Positions 1 to 11,944 of a DNA stretch of 64,000 nt are shown here, piece after piece. The DNA is taken from NCBI GenBank assembly GCA_012026655.1, contig JAAILG010000246.1, positions 1-64,000 on the forward strand. The letters are read 5' to 3'. Under the pieces are notes generated by a model, which saw only the letters and a list, made by a program, of their open reading frames with translations, was not told where the DNA came from and ran no database searches. Each line of letters opens with the position of its first letter. Position 1 is the stretch's first letter. Position numbers and translations under genes: made by a program. The DNA comes from Hydrolagus affinis (Eukaryota).

Positions 1-375
1 GGAGCCAGTGGAGACGGGCGAGGGTGGGGGTTATATGGTCGCGGAGGCGGGTGCGGGATAATACATGGGCTGCAGAGTTTTGGATGACCTGCAGCCTGTG
101 AATGGAGGAACTGGGGAGGCCGACGAGGAGAGAGTTGCCATAGTCCAGCCTTGAGGTGATGTACGCGTGCATGAGTGTTTCGGCAGCATGGGGGGTAAGA
201 TAATTGCGGAGCCTGGCAATGTTTCGCAGATGGAAGTAAGCGGTGCCGGTCAAGGCGAGGATGTGGGGGAGGAAGGAGAGTTTTTGGTCGAACGTGATGC
301 CGAGGTTCCTGATTGGCTTTGTGAGGTGGAGAGTGCAGCCTTGGATGTTGAGGCTGGCAGATGTTGGGACAGAGC
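1..375 (-). mobile_element. L2-clade LINE ORF2 C-terminal fragment (5'-truncated; runs off the window start)
   Basis: A minus-strand frame not shown in the ORF track reads without stops: ...KPIRNLGITFDQKLSFLPHILALTGTAYFHLRNIARLRNYLTPHAAETLMHAYITSRLDYGNSLLVGLPSSSIHRLQVIQNSAAHVLSRTRLRDHITPTLARLHWL. This is the typical L2 post-RT region (NLGV.FD, AYFHLRNI, SRLDY.NSLL, LQ..QN.AA, HITP.L..LHWL). Confidence 0.93.
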
Positions 376-2084
376 AAGAGAGCAATTCTAGGATACCAGG
401 TAACACAAAGCAAAGCTGACAAAAATTAACTCGAAGTTTGTGCAATTTGGAGATCACAATCTTAGTTGAAGCAGCACCTTACTCTAACCCCGAGTAAGGA
501 CTCCTTAACAACCAAATGTAAAGATACAGTAAGGACTGCTTCAACTCAGTCAGAGACCAATGAGACAACAATGCTGGAGGTATTCACCAGTCTCAGAGCA
601 GTGCTATGCTCTCACACAGATGAATGGACATTCTTCAAAGGAAGTCCTCCAACGCAGGCAGATTCAGCAGATGGTTCTGAGGTCAATGCAATATCTCTAT
701 ATTAAGTATACTTGGATAGTTTTCACTAGGTGCCACTGTAGAAACAACGGATCCTAATTGATCCAAATTGGTTCAGTTGGTAAATTTTCAAAATGTGGCT
801 TGGGGGATTATTAGGTTTCATGAACACAACTTCAGATGTCTGATTCACTGTGACCTTTTGTTTACCTTAAACCTTTTAGGAGGAAACAAAAGGTAGTTTT
901 TCAGTTTTCAACTGATAACTTTTGTCGTTGAATTCTAATGTTGAATATTATAGAGCAAATTAGCAAAATGGATACACTAGCCAATTCTAATCCAAAAGAA
1001 TTCTCTGGGTATTTAGTTATAAAGTGTAATCAGTTCTGTAGTTTACTTTATTAAAAATTGAGACTGAAATTCTTCTGCAGGCACGAGTAATTCAGCTTAA
1101 TGGAAGATTGAGCTCCAAATTTGGGGACAAAATAAAGTCACAAATCTAAAGATCAAGATTGAAGCCAGATTATTTATATTGTGCAAAATCACAATTCAAA
1201 AAGGACAAAGAATCTGTACTTTCATAATCCACACTCAATTATTTGTCTGGATACCTATATCCAGGCACCACCGTATTTACGGTGAAGCAAGCTGGACTGC
1301 AAGACATGCTTAAAAAGAAAGCGATGCAGTGGTTCTCCCATACTCCTGAAATTACTTTGAACTCTCAGCTTCTCTTTGAATGATTTTATGACAATCAATC
1401 TATGAATTAAGTAGTTAATGGATAAACTACATCTAGAACACTACCAGCAAAAAACAGATGTGACCTTGATGTGGAGATCCGGGCCATTCATACTGGTTTT
1501 AAAATCACTTAGAAAAATCTGAACACCTTTACTAGAATGGGAATTGGATTTGGAACCAGAAATACTGGACTCACAGTTACAAGAATGAACTGGATATCAA
1601 TCTAAGGCTAGGTCTAGATTGGATTGCTATGAGCTTCTCGAACATTTTCTTCTTACCTTATCAATTAAAACATGATGGAATCGTTTTAAGGGTTTCACCT
1701 ATACATGAGATGATTTGTGACCACCATTATGGTTTTTCTTTTTACAAAATATCACAAAAACCTTTTATGAGATATCCTGCCAACATGGTTCACCTCCAGG
1801 TCCCTAAGGGAACTATAATTTTTCCCCTTCAAAATTTGGATAAACTGTTCAAGCGTGGGTGTAACCTAATTGAAACCAAAGAAGTGTCAGTACAGTATTA
1901 GCCTTAAAGTGTTGGCATGCGCACTGTGATAAATTATCAGCACATTCTTATAAGGAAATAACCTCAATAGACAAAATTAGTTAGTTCCCTCACCTTGATA
2001 CAATTAAATTAAAAATATTTTTAAATATTTTCTGAGTTGCTTTTAAGTTTAGATTCCCTATAAAGTTGTACAAACTAACTCTGT

Positions 2085-2173
2085 AAAATGTCCCTGAAAT
2101 GTACCTTAAGTGCTTTGAGATGTCGAGAAGACGTGAAAAGCGCTATATCAAATGCAAGGATTATTCTTATTAC
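2085..2173 (+). mobile_element. SINE 3' tail fragment
   Basis: gctttgagatgtcgagaagacgtgaaaagcgctatatcaaatgcaaggattattcttatt matches the 3' end of the full SINE at 51053-51359. Confidence 0.85.
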
Positions 2174-4076
2174 TGTGTTAAGCGGTGTTCATCCACAATA
2201 CACGCCTTTTCATTTTGGATCCATCCAATTTTAAGCACGTCACATTCAGATGCAATAAGTGCTTATAATCAGTGCAGTCTTTCAAGCAATAGAGCTTTAC
2301 ACCTATTCTTTTAAATCTACAGAAAACATGATGCTTCAACTTGCCTGCTGTGAGTAATATGGATTATCCCTTGTTTCAGGTTCATGTTTACCAGCCAAGA
2401 TGAAAGTAGCAATGCTATCTTCTGAGTTGATGTAGTCCTGTTCTCCCTTCCATAGATAAGCATTTATAATGGAACTGGTTGAATATTCTCTCCCCAAAAA
2501 ACAAGGCATTACTGTAAACATTGTGTTCACTCTATTCTGACAAATGCATTAAAGATTCTATAAATTCTAGTTCTATGACTTAGTTTTCTTTCTGAACCAA
2601 CTGCAGTGACACTCACAATATTCCAAAAGGGCAGCCTTGATGACCAAAAACGACATACATTGCAGTCCAACATGCGACCTGTGCTGAGGGTAGTGTCACA
2701 TGCGAATGATGATCTTCATCAGGGTGCATACGATAGTATGTTACTATTCAGAAATGTTCAGTAAAAGAAAATTAAAGTGCACAGACCTGAAAATACGTAG
2801 CCAAAACAGTTTATTAATCTGAAGGCAAACATTTTATGAAGCTTGTTGTTAATTACTCATTTACTTTAATTAGTCTTGGACAAACCCACACTAAAATGCA
2901 TTGGTTTTGAAGCAAAACGAAAGGAAGGTTGCTTGCCCTGTCTCTGAATGTGGATAAAGATGCACTTTGGATTTTAAAATGTGCTCGTTACACATGCTAT
3001 TATTTCGGAAAATAAAATTTGCAACAAAGCTGCAGCCACTGGCTTCAAATTTTTGCAGTTAATTATATTTTTCAACGACCAATGTTCTTGGTGATCAGTG
3101 CTCTTCCCACTGAATATTTTCCATGATTGAAAATTGTTTGAAGATTGCAATGATGACAATCTGTAATTGATTTCCAGGAGGCAATAACAGGTGAGGCAAA
3201 ATTCTGCCGTAAACAATGTATGATTTGCAACGATTGAATCCATCCACTTCACATCGTTCCCCTGTGCAATAGTCCCACTGATTCCACCCACTTTGCTGAC
3301 ACACCCTGCACTGCGTTTTTTCACACATCCATTTGATCTTCTGCATAAGGTGCCATCAGCTAAATGATCAAAGCCCAGAGGTAATCATATGCAGGTAAAA
3401 GTTAGCTACATTAAGTGATGGGAATGGTATAATGAACGTCATGCACAAAAGAAGAGCTGCTTTAAAGAGAACTATTCCCTGTGTTCTGCATTCACTGCAT
3501 TCTAATGAGGATTATGAAGGCCATCAACATCCTGAGTGCAACCGAAAAAAAAATCAGAAACTGAAAGAAAAATTTAGGAACTTTCTCATCAGTATTGTTG
3601 AAATAAATAAAACTAAAATAAGCAGGGAGAGGGCAGCACAAGAACATTTACTATTTCTCCAATTTGACTTTATGGATGACATACAGTCATTTCGACTTCA
3701 TTCCAAAAAAATTGGATATACATTAATCCTATTAGGAAAAGGAAGGCCTTTTTCAGTTTCCAAAAAGTATCTAATGCAACTTACAGTCATTGATTTCTAA
3801 TAAATATTATAGAGCAGATTAGTAACCTGCAGTAAATGAGCTGTTTCTTTTCTGAGAGAAACTCTGCAAATTTTTATATTGTACGTATGTTCGCTCTTAA
3901 TTAGCCCTGAAATTCTTCTTCAGGCACAAAAGAAAAGAAGCAGATTCCACTTATTTGGACCCCACAAATTTATCATTTGCATCTCATCTCACCATAAAGC
4001 CAGCTGTACTCTTACCCTATGCTCGAGAATGGTCTTGTCATATTTGTGAGATACCACCAGAAACATGTCAGATACA

Positions 4077-4125
4077 TAATAATAATAATCCTTGCATTTG
4101 ATATGGCGCTTTTCACATCTTCCGG
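4077..4125 (-). mobile_element. SINE 3' tail fragment
   Basis: (aat)n ccttgcatttgatatggcgcttttcacatcttc, the same tail as 51053-51090. Confidence 0.85.
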
Positions 4126-5405
4126 AGTAAGATACAGCATTCAAGCGATTCAGAATCAATTTATGCCAAAGTAAAACTGTTATATAGTGTATGAAATTGT
4201 ATGTTTAAGCAAGATAGACATAAGTGTATAGCTAGATCATCTACAACAATGAGAACCAGTGACCGCACATGAATTCTCAGATGTGAATCATAACGTATTG
4301 TGAGGTGTACCTCTTTCTGAGCAACCGAGTGTGAAAAATTTGCTGGATGTAAGCCAAACATCAAAGACCATCAAAATTCCAAGCATATTGGTGGAGAACA
4401 AACACAGCATAAACGTTACACAACACCTGTAAAAAAAACTGAGCACCAATGGAGACAACAAACAGGAACAAAAAACAAGAAATAAATATTTCATTTATGT
4501 TGGAAATACACAGGGGAATAAGCATATTGTTTTGCCAGAGAACAACTATACTGTAGATATGCATGTAACAAAAATACTTCACAAGATTGTGTTGCTCAAA
4601 GCAACTGGATAATGCACAGCAAAGAACACAGACCAAGTCTTCATGAGAAGACACACACAACAGCATGGAGTGAATAAGGTGCAGCCAGAGAACAATACTA
4701 ATCAATCAAGCCATACGGATCTCAATTCATGCAGCACAGATGGTGAATATGTTTATGCCACATGCTGAGTAACCTGTCCCAAACAACTGATGGTTCAAGT
4801 AACCATGCTGAACAAACCCCTTTGAAAAGTAATGAGAAACTCTGGTGCAAGTGTAAACCTACTCAATCAGAATGTGTACAACAGACTGAAAGAACATATA
4901 CGAGATGAGAAATGAATGTTAAGGTTTCTCCACATGGATAATGTGCATGTCTGCTAATTAAGGGACAAAATAGTGCTGCAGTTGGATCCAAAACAAAAAT
5001 AGCAAATGTAAAGGTTCTCTCATGATGGTAAAGCGAAAGTAGTCATTGCTGAAATATCAGGCAGCATCCGGACAAGAATGATGCAAACCCTCAACTCCAT
5101 TCTAACAGATTAACAGATGTCACAACTTCAGTTGCAAACATTGGAAAAGCAGATTACTGCCTACAACACGTGCCCGGCTGCACATACTGACAATAACGTT
5201 CAACATCCACATATGTCACAGTTGCCTGATCGACAATGACAAAGGGTAAGCATCAATGACATAGACTTTATCCATTTAGAAATTATCTTTTTGTTGCAAC
5301 TGATGAATACTCTTGGTGCTCCAGAGGATAGATTGTCAAATCCACGAAAACAAGTGCAGGTAGTCCACAGAACCATCACTGAACCAACCATTCTCAGCAT
5401 TCATG

Positions 5406-5714
5406 GAGCATCTATGGAGAAAGGAAAGTGAGTCAACGTTTCGAATCCATGACCCTTCATCAGAACTGGGGCATGTTGGGAGGAAGAGGCTTTTAAGGAC
5501 TAACAAAGAGGGGGGTTGCAGGGCAAGGAAAACAAAGGAGGAAATGTGGTAGAGGACAGAAGATGATGGGTTAAAGCGAAACTTAACCCGAAGGGTCGTG
5601 GGCCCGAAACGTTAACACACTTTCTCCATAAGTGCTGCCTGACCTGCTGAGTGTTCACAGAGACTTCTATTTTTGTTTCTGAATTCCAGCAGCTGCAGTA
5701 TTTTGCATTTTGTG
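5406..5714. mobile_element. Non-autonomous Penelope-like element (inverted pseudo-LTR arms) with 13-bp TSD
   Basis: Flanked by an exact direct repeat CTCAGCATTCATG (5393-5405, 5715-5727). Arms 5407-5458 and 5590-5636 are inverted copies of each other. The 3' part (tgctgcctgacctgctgagtgttc...ctgcagtatttt) recurs at 36981-37105. The Penelope assignment rests on the hammerhead-type motif and recalled shark repeats. Confidence 0.8.
5431..5467 (-). ncRNA. Minimal type I hammerhead ribozyme motif (Penelope-associated)
   Basis: Minus strand: AGUU-CUGAUGA-A-GGGUC-AUG-GAUUC-GAAA-CG-UU-GACU. It has core boxes CUGAUGA and GAAA, stem II GGGUC/GAUUC (with G:U pairs), a palindromic ACGU stem III, a GUU triplet at the cleavage position, and helix I AGUU/GACU. 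Activity is not shown. Confidence 0.65.
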
Positions 5715-6439
5715 CTCAGCATTCATGTTCCTTAAGAACTTTCTACAGCAATGAACTGTTAAAAAATAATGATAACTTTGGTTTGAAGAAAACACACCAA
5801 GTTGGATCAAAGCCAGTGCTAATGTAGAGAGCTTTATGGAATCAGTAGAGAAACTTATTTCTACAAATTGAAAGAAGAATTCTAGAAAATTTTGTGATAC
5901 TTGTGAAACAAGTAGCACCTCAACTATCACATGATAGTTAAATCTCCAGCAGAAACCCTATAGATTCAAAAATGAACAAATCAAACTGCTCAAAACTTTT
6001 CAACCTCCCACAATAACATCCAGATCCCCAATTCAGAGGCAAAGTCATTCGACAGGAAATAAAGTGATTTGCTACTGGTTTATCAAACGAAAGAGAAACT
6101 GCCTGCACTATTCAGTCTAAAAACTTTGCAGAGTGGTTAATGTTAAAGGTCACTGCTCTTCAAGAAAGGTATACAGTAACCAGAAATTTATGGCACTTTG
6201 AGATCAGTGAAAGTTAATCCCAGCCTGTTTGCTCTGAGAAGTAACCGTAATGGGGCTGATGACACAAGGCGTAAAGAAATCTATAAATGTTCGAGTCTTT
6301 CATAATGACCGAAACTCTACACAAAAGAGAGGGAAAGCGAAAAGCATTATCGTGGTAAAGTTGAAAGAATGTTGTAATGGGAATAGACAAAAAACAGTGA
6401 TTTGTAATCTGCAACTATAATTAATTTTTTCTGTCTTGT

Positions 6440-6950
6440 CAACATTTAATTGCAAGAGGTTTTTGCTCATCCAGACAAGCCGACAGAAAATCGGTGAACC
6501 TGGAGTTGTAGCTGGAGGAGGTGAAGTGGATTAGTGTGTCATTCACAGACCACTGGAAATTTACCCTGTATCCGCAGATGACATCGCCAAGAGGGAGCAT
6601 ATAGATGAGGAGGTGGTCAAGGATGTAGCCATGGGGTACATCATATGTGACAAGGCAGGGGTGGAAGGAAAAACCTTTTGAAGAGGCAAAGTGAAGGCAG
6701 ATTGTTAGGTGGGACTTGAACCAGGCTAATGCGGTTCCACTAAGTTGAATACAGAAGGTGAGGCGATGAATGAGGATGGCATGGTCGACTGTGCTGAATG
6801 CGACAGAGAGGTCCAGGAAGAAGTGGAGACAGAGGCTGCCCTGGTCACAGAAAAAGAGGACGTTGCTTGTGACTTGACAAGTGCTATGCTCAGGGCAGAA
6901 ACCAGACTGGAGGGGCTCGAGGAAGAAGTGGAGGAAAAAAGCCACAGGAA
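6440..6950 (-). mobile_element. Decayed L2 LINE reverse transcriptase fragment
   Basis: ORF 6439-6945: LEPLQSGF.P.HST, LDLSVAFSTVDHAILIHRL, SGTALAWFKSHL, VPHGYILDHLL.IYMLPLGDVI, then 'VNDTLI' where YADDTQI is expected. These are degenerate RT domains. Confidence 0.9.
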
Positions 6951-8269
6951 AGAAAAAGTTTTCATATAATCTTTACAAGTCATATTGTTATATCTTTCCT
7001 TGTGGTTACAATGGCATATCAGCTATCCGCATTAATTAAACCGTTGTAGTGCCCATATTCCTTTATCAAAGACTATTTATGCTTTAGTTGTGAATTCCCC
7101 TAAACATACACGTAATTCACTGACTCCTTTATGTTCCTTTTAAGTGAATGCTGCATTTTTGTCAATAAATGTTGTCATTCATTTAGGAAAGAAAATTGGC
7201 TTCATCTGAGGTCTCTATCAGAGTTCCAACAAATCAGGTTAATTGGTGATCAACAGTGTCTTTCTGTCTATAATGAGGCAGCATAGCCCAAGGCAAAAGA
7301 CCCATCCCTTGATGAGAGACTTTCCTCTTTCCTTCTCTGAGCTCTTTGATCACTTCTGGTTTGAGACAACTGTAGGGAATGGCATTGTTTTTAATTGCCT
7401 TATTACTAAATGGACTAGATAATGTATAGGCGCGTATAATTAATAAAATTTGTATAGGTTATTACCACTAACAAGACTCATTAGGATCAGGTGGCTTCTG
7501 TCTTTAGATTTCATGTCTCGAACTCCTTTGAATCTGTGACTAAACCCATTTTTTTGTGGAAAGCATTTCTAAAAGTTAAATAATTTCCATAATCATTTTA
7601 TTCTTTTGCAAAATCCAATTATAATTTTGATTACGGGATTATTTTTGTGCTAATAAACAGCACCAAATATTCTTGTCGTTAATGCACAAATTACATTAAT
7701 ATGCCGATACAGGTATCAGCACATATGATCACCCAAGCAAATTAAATTGCTTATATTGCTGCACCAGACCCACAGATTACAATCTTCAGTGCCTTTCTCA
7801 TTAACTTTTATGTATCCTTAACCCACAGACTCCTAAGAAATCTGCGGAGACGTCCATCTCTCAGGGCCAGCCAGTTTTGTACGTTTTCAAAGCATTGCAA
7901 TGCTGAAAAGAAACAATATCGCAATAATGAAGCTACTCAAACATTTGGATTGCTTTACTTCTATAATCGTAATCTTAACCCAATAAAATAAATACAAAAG
8001 CTGAATTTGAATAACAATAACGCATTGTAAATGCAAAGTTGTCTTTGAAGGCTACGCCATGCTCATTTGCCCTTCCAGTCTCTCCCCTTCCCCTTTCTAC
8101 CTCTGTCCTTTTTTAATTGAAACGCTAAGCTATATTCCACCCACGTTACTTCTTTTGTGCGGATTCAAACCGTTACTTTTTGAATAATTTCTAACTTTGA
8201 AATCTGTTCATTACCTTGCTTACAAGCAACCGTCTACAGAGTAAGATGAGACAGCGAGAGTTTGAAAAT

Positions 8270-8480
8270 GATTTTTATTTGCATTAACTGACAGGCTGGA
8301 TTTGCTGCCAATGAGTAGGCAGAAAATTGATCAATGACAGGGTCACATCAATGACTAGGATGCAATTTTTCCTTATAAAAGAGGAGGTAGGAGCCAAAGA
8401 TCTGTGAACACATCGTTGGATACTGATGTCAGTCAATGCCAGATGTGCAAACATGTCCGTAGCATTTTAAGGGTTAAGTG
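8270..8480 (+). promoter_or_regulatory. Candidate enhancer or core promoter (octamer, TGACAG x2, CCAAT, TATAAAA)
   Basis: ATTTGCAT 8277-8284, TGACAG 8289-8294, CCAAT 8308-8312, TGATCAATGACAG 8328-8340, TATAAAA 8374-8380. Motif content only. Confidence 0.35.
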
Positions 8481-10699
8481 ATGTGTGAGACAGTGAATAA
8501 GCTTTCACTTTCCCCAAATTGGCACAGATTGTTTTTACTGAATTACAGGAGAGGGAGAAAAAAAATTTGGGGTGGTGTGGTGTGAGTGGGAGGGGGGAAA
8601 CGTTTTGATCAAAATTTCTTTTGTGTGTATTTCTCGGGCTGTAAAATTATAAAAGTAACAATGATATTTTCAGTCCAGTGTCCTCAGTGGAAATAGCACA
8701 TATTTCTTAAATTTTCCTGCTAATTCATCATAATATTCATCACAATATCTTACAAACTTTTTTTTAAAAATCAGATCTTGGGAAAAGTGAAGGTTTGCAT
8801 CTTTGCTATTGCTTCGTTCTTATTTGACTGAATTTATTTTTACATTATGAATAATTTACATTAATGAACACTAAATGAAAGATAGCCCTGTTGAACATAC
8901 CTCCTGTACTGTTGCTATGGAAGTATATTTTTTGGTTTAGTAACCTACGTAGGTGAATATTAGTTCATAAATCTTTTTATTTTAGTTGACAGTATACCAT
9001 CATTTTCTTTTTGAGTATATTTGTGCTCATATAAAAATTGTGGTAATATTATGCTTGTGTCAATATAATAAAGCCAGAAAAGACTTGACGCTTCTGTTTC
9101 TTCTGCCTTCCTGCATATATCACAAAGAGAAGAGTGTTTCTCCCAGTTTCCTGACCAATGATCCCCCAATAATATTGGTCATTTACTTCATGGTTGACTG
9201 TGAGCTATTGGAATGCGCAAGTTAGCAGCTGTGTTAGTCCAAACATACACAGTCAATCCACTTCACAATTTATCCTTTGAGGTGCTTTGAGGTCCTACTG
9301 AAGTGAAAGTTGCTGTATCAAATGTAAGCTTATTATTATATCTCACAGTGTATAAATTGCCCAAGAACCAAGGCCAGGTTTTTATAATTATAGCACAGAG
9401 ATACTCACACACCCTCTTCAATAAACAGTGATCACCGACTGACAATGTCATCAACAGTATAATGATAAAAATTGTATGCATCTGTGCACACTATGCCACT
9501 CTGCACAATGAAAATAACTCTGTGATAGACCTAAATGACACTCATTACGTGAAGAATTCTAACTGCGCCATGCAAAATAATGGATTTGGTAGCATATCTA
9601 TTCTCTATTTGTACAAAGTACGTCAACATCGGTGTTATTGCATTACGGTGAGAAATGAAAAATATTTCATTGGGTTGTGACAAGATCAGACCCAGAACCA
9701 TGCTGGCACATGTACACCCTAAATGAATTTCTTACGATTACGTTTTCCTGTCCCTTCATTTTTCAGTAAGTTCTTGCTTCTCTTTACCACTTGCCTGAAT
9801 TACTTTATTCTTTATTTATATGCTGATGTGTCATGTTGTTCTTCAGAAGGTCAGTGCTACAATTTTCTTGCCATTTCAGTCCCCAGGGCCACCATTCCCT
9901 TCCACGAGGCTGCCACCACTGTTATTTTTTTGTTTTTGTATATTAGGTGGCATGACAACAGGGTGCAACCGGGGGCAACTCTAATGAGGACAGGCTTCTT
10001 ATGAAATTGACTCTGGTGGTTGCTGAGAGTACAAAAAGGCCTGGAGAATTTATGCTGGGGTGACAAGGGCAAGCCCAGAGACTTCCCATTGCCTAATGCA
10101 TGCTCCAACAGCCCTGTTTCAGCAGGTGATAGTTAAGTCTGCATTTGAACTTCAGTTTTCAAGGAACAGGCAATGACATTGTCTTGAAAAGAGTTTCAGA
10201 GAAAAGAGAACTGAAGTAGAAAGCTTTTCTGCTTGTATGCTGTAGAGGTATTTAAGATTTAATATATAATGTTTAAGTGCAACTCTAGCAGCTATTATGC
10301 TTGTATGGATTAAACATAGAGGTTTAAGTACTGTAGTCTCTTCTGTTTCTTTTACAGTCTTAATCCAAAGAACTGTTTTTTTTTCCAGTCATTATCCAGC
10401 AATATTGCTGAAGATGTCCTCTGTCATGAAGTAGGTCTTTCTCATACAGTACAATAGACTTAATGACTTTGGACGACACTGAATCTGGGAATAAGAGATG
10501 ATATTTCTTAGACTGTCAAACAAGGTTGCATCTGTGCCATCATTATGTGGTTGCAACCTTTTGTTTTCCCCAAACACATTTCTCTTCTCTCCTGAAATTG
10601 ATGATTTACACTAAATAAAGTGTAAATAAAGTTGCTAATGGCTCATTGGGATTGCACCAAAGCAACTATTCTATACCGATGAGTGACTCTGAACTATTC

Positions 10700-10900
10700 A
10701 GCTGTGAGCTGTATTGTATCGGAATCCTGTCTTCATTCATGTCTACCAATACACACTTCCAGAAGGAGTAACTTGATAACTTTCAGAAACAGGAAGAAGT
10801 GGCAATTTCCATCTCAACTCCAGGCTCACTGAAGCTAACTACAGCAAACTCACCCTAATCCGTTGACCAAAATCTGCAGGCTCTGCAGACAGATCAAACC
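10700..10900 (-). mobile_element. Possible highly decayed ancient SINE (related to 58990-59220)
   Basis: Loose resemblance to the reverse complement of 58990-59220 (e.g. cagacagatcaaacc versus gatttgatctgggtctg). Confidence 0.3.
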
Positions 10901-11944
10901 TCTCTAATCAGTAAGACTCAATATAATTCTATGTTATAGATTTCATCACCTATAGAAATTTATAGAATATCAATATTTCTAACTTTAATACCCTATTTTT
11001 GGGGAAGCTTTCTCAGATTTTTCTCTCCAATATTTCTGCTCCAATTTTTTCAGAGCCAATGGTAATGCTGAATCGAGATAATTTGATCGTTGGTCCATTG
11101 TTTTGCCCTGTTTACTCACATCTAAAATTTTAGCTAAAATCAGCAAAGATGGGAAAGTTAGTTCCATGATCCTTTGACTTGCTGAGCGATTCAGGTTGAA
11201 GGAGGATAATGTTTCGCAATTGAAACTAAGCCAGTTTGTTCTTGTGCAGAATATCCCTTTCAAATCACCAACCAAAGGTTCTTGGATGCAAACCCAGTGG
11301 AGGTCAAACTTTCTAACTAGTGCTTCTCTTCATTCAAGCTCCTTTTGATCTAAGCACAAACCAGTTCTCTGTTTCCCTTCCCCCCTCAACCTCCCATGAT
11401 GTCAAAAATCAATAACTCATAGTTGAGAGAGTGAGTCACACATACAGATAGACAGAGTAGTACTCTTTCAATTGCCTCCACATCTCAGTCACCCACCACA
11501 TGCCTCACTCTCCCACAACCAAATTGAAAATGCACTTATATTAATGAGCAGAGTTAAGACATCAAATTGGTGAGAAGGATTACTGCAGATATTGCAAAAG
11601 ATAACTTAAAACACAAGGAATCTCTTGACTAAGTTATATATGTATGATCCACATTATATCGATATCAATAAACTACAGATTTAAAAAATGGCATATCCTA
11701 TGTAATATTATTTTCTCACAAGGTTCAAACATACTACATTACCAAAAGTTTTTATTTGATTTATCAAAGACTTTTTTCATTTGGTCGGCTAGGTTTCCTG
11801 ACGAAGGTGGAAATCCCTCACAATGCTTAAGAGTACAGTAAACATCTTACTCTGGGTATCCAGAATTTGTGGAATTGGTTAGTATTTGGTTGTTTGAAGT
11901 CATATTGTTGGTCCTGTTGAAGAAATAGCTTGTTGTTTGAATAA

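Larger units (their letters stand above)
4230..6200 (+). mobile_element. Decayed Ty3/Gypsy LTR-retrotransposon internal region (gag zinc knuckle, protease, integrase), interrupted at 5406-5714
   Basis: Broken + frames give: a Cys-rich knuckle-like segment (~4525-4600); protease-like NSGASVNLLNQNVYNRL (from 4838; cf. D[S/T]GA); integrase-like MSQLPDRQ*QRVSI (from 5213), NYLFVATDEYSW (5281-5316), TPSWIKASANVESFMESVEKLI (from 5794; cf. TP..PQ.NG.VER), KSPAETL (5940-5960) and VTRN (~6176). Many stops and frameshifts; outer boundaries approximate; no LTRs recognised. Confidence 0.8.

Noticed and set aside
6257-6290. Other CTGATGA...GAAA hammerhead candidates (also ~11798, ~45371)
   Set aside because: No convincing stem II or helix I, or no correctly placed GAAA and NUH
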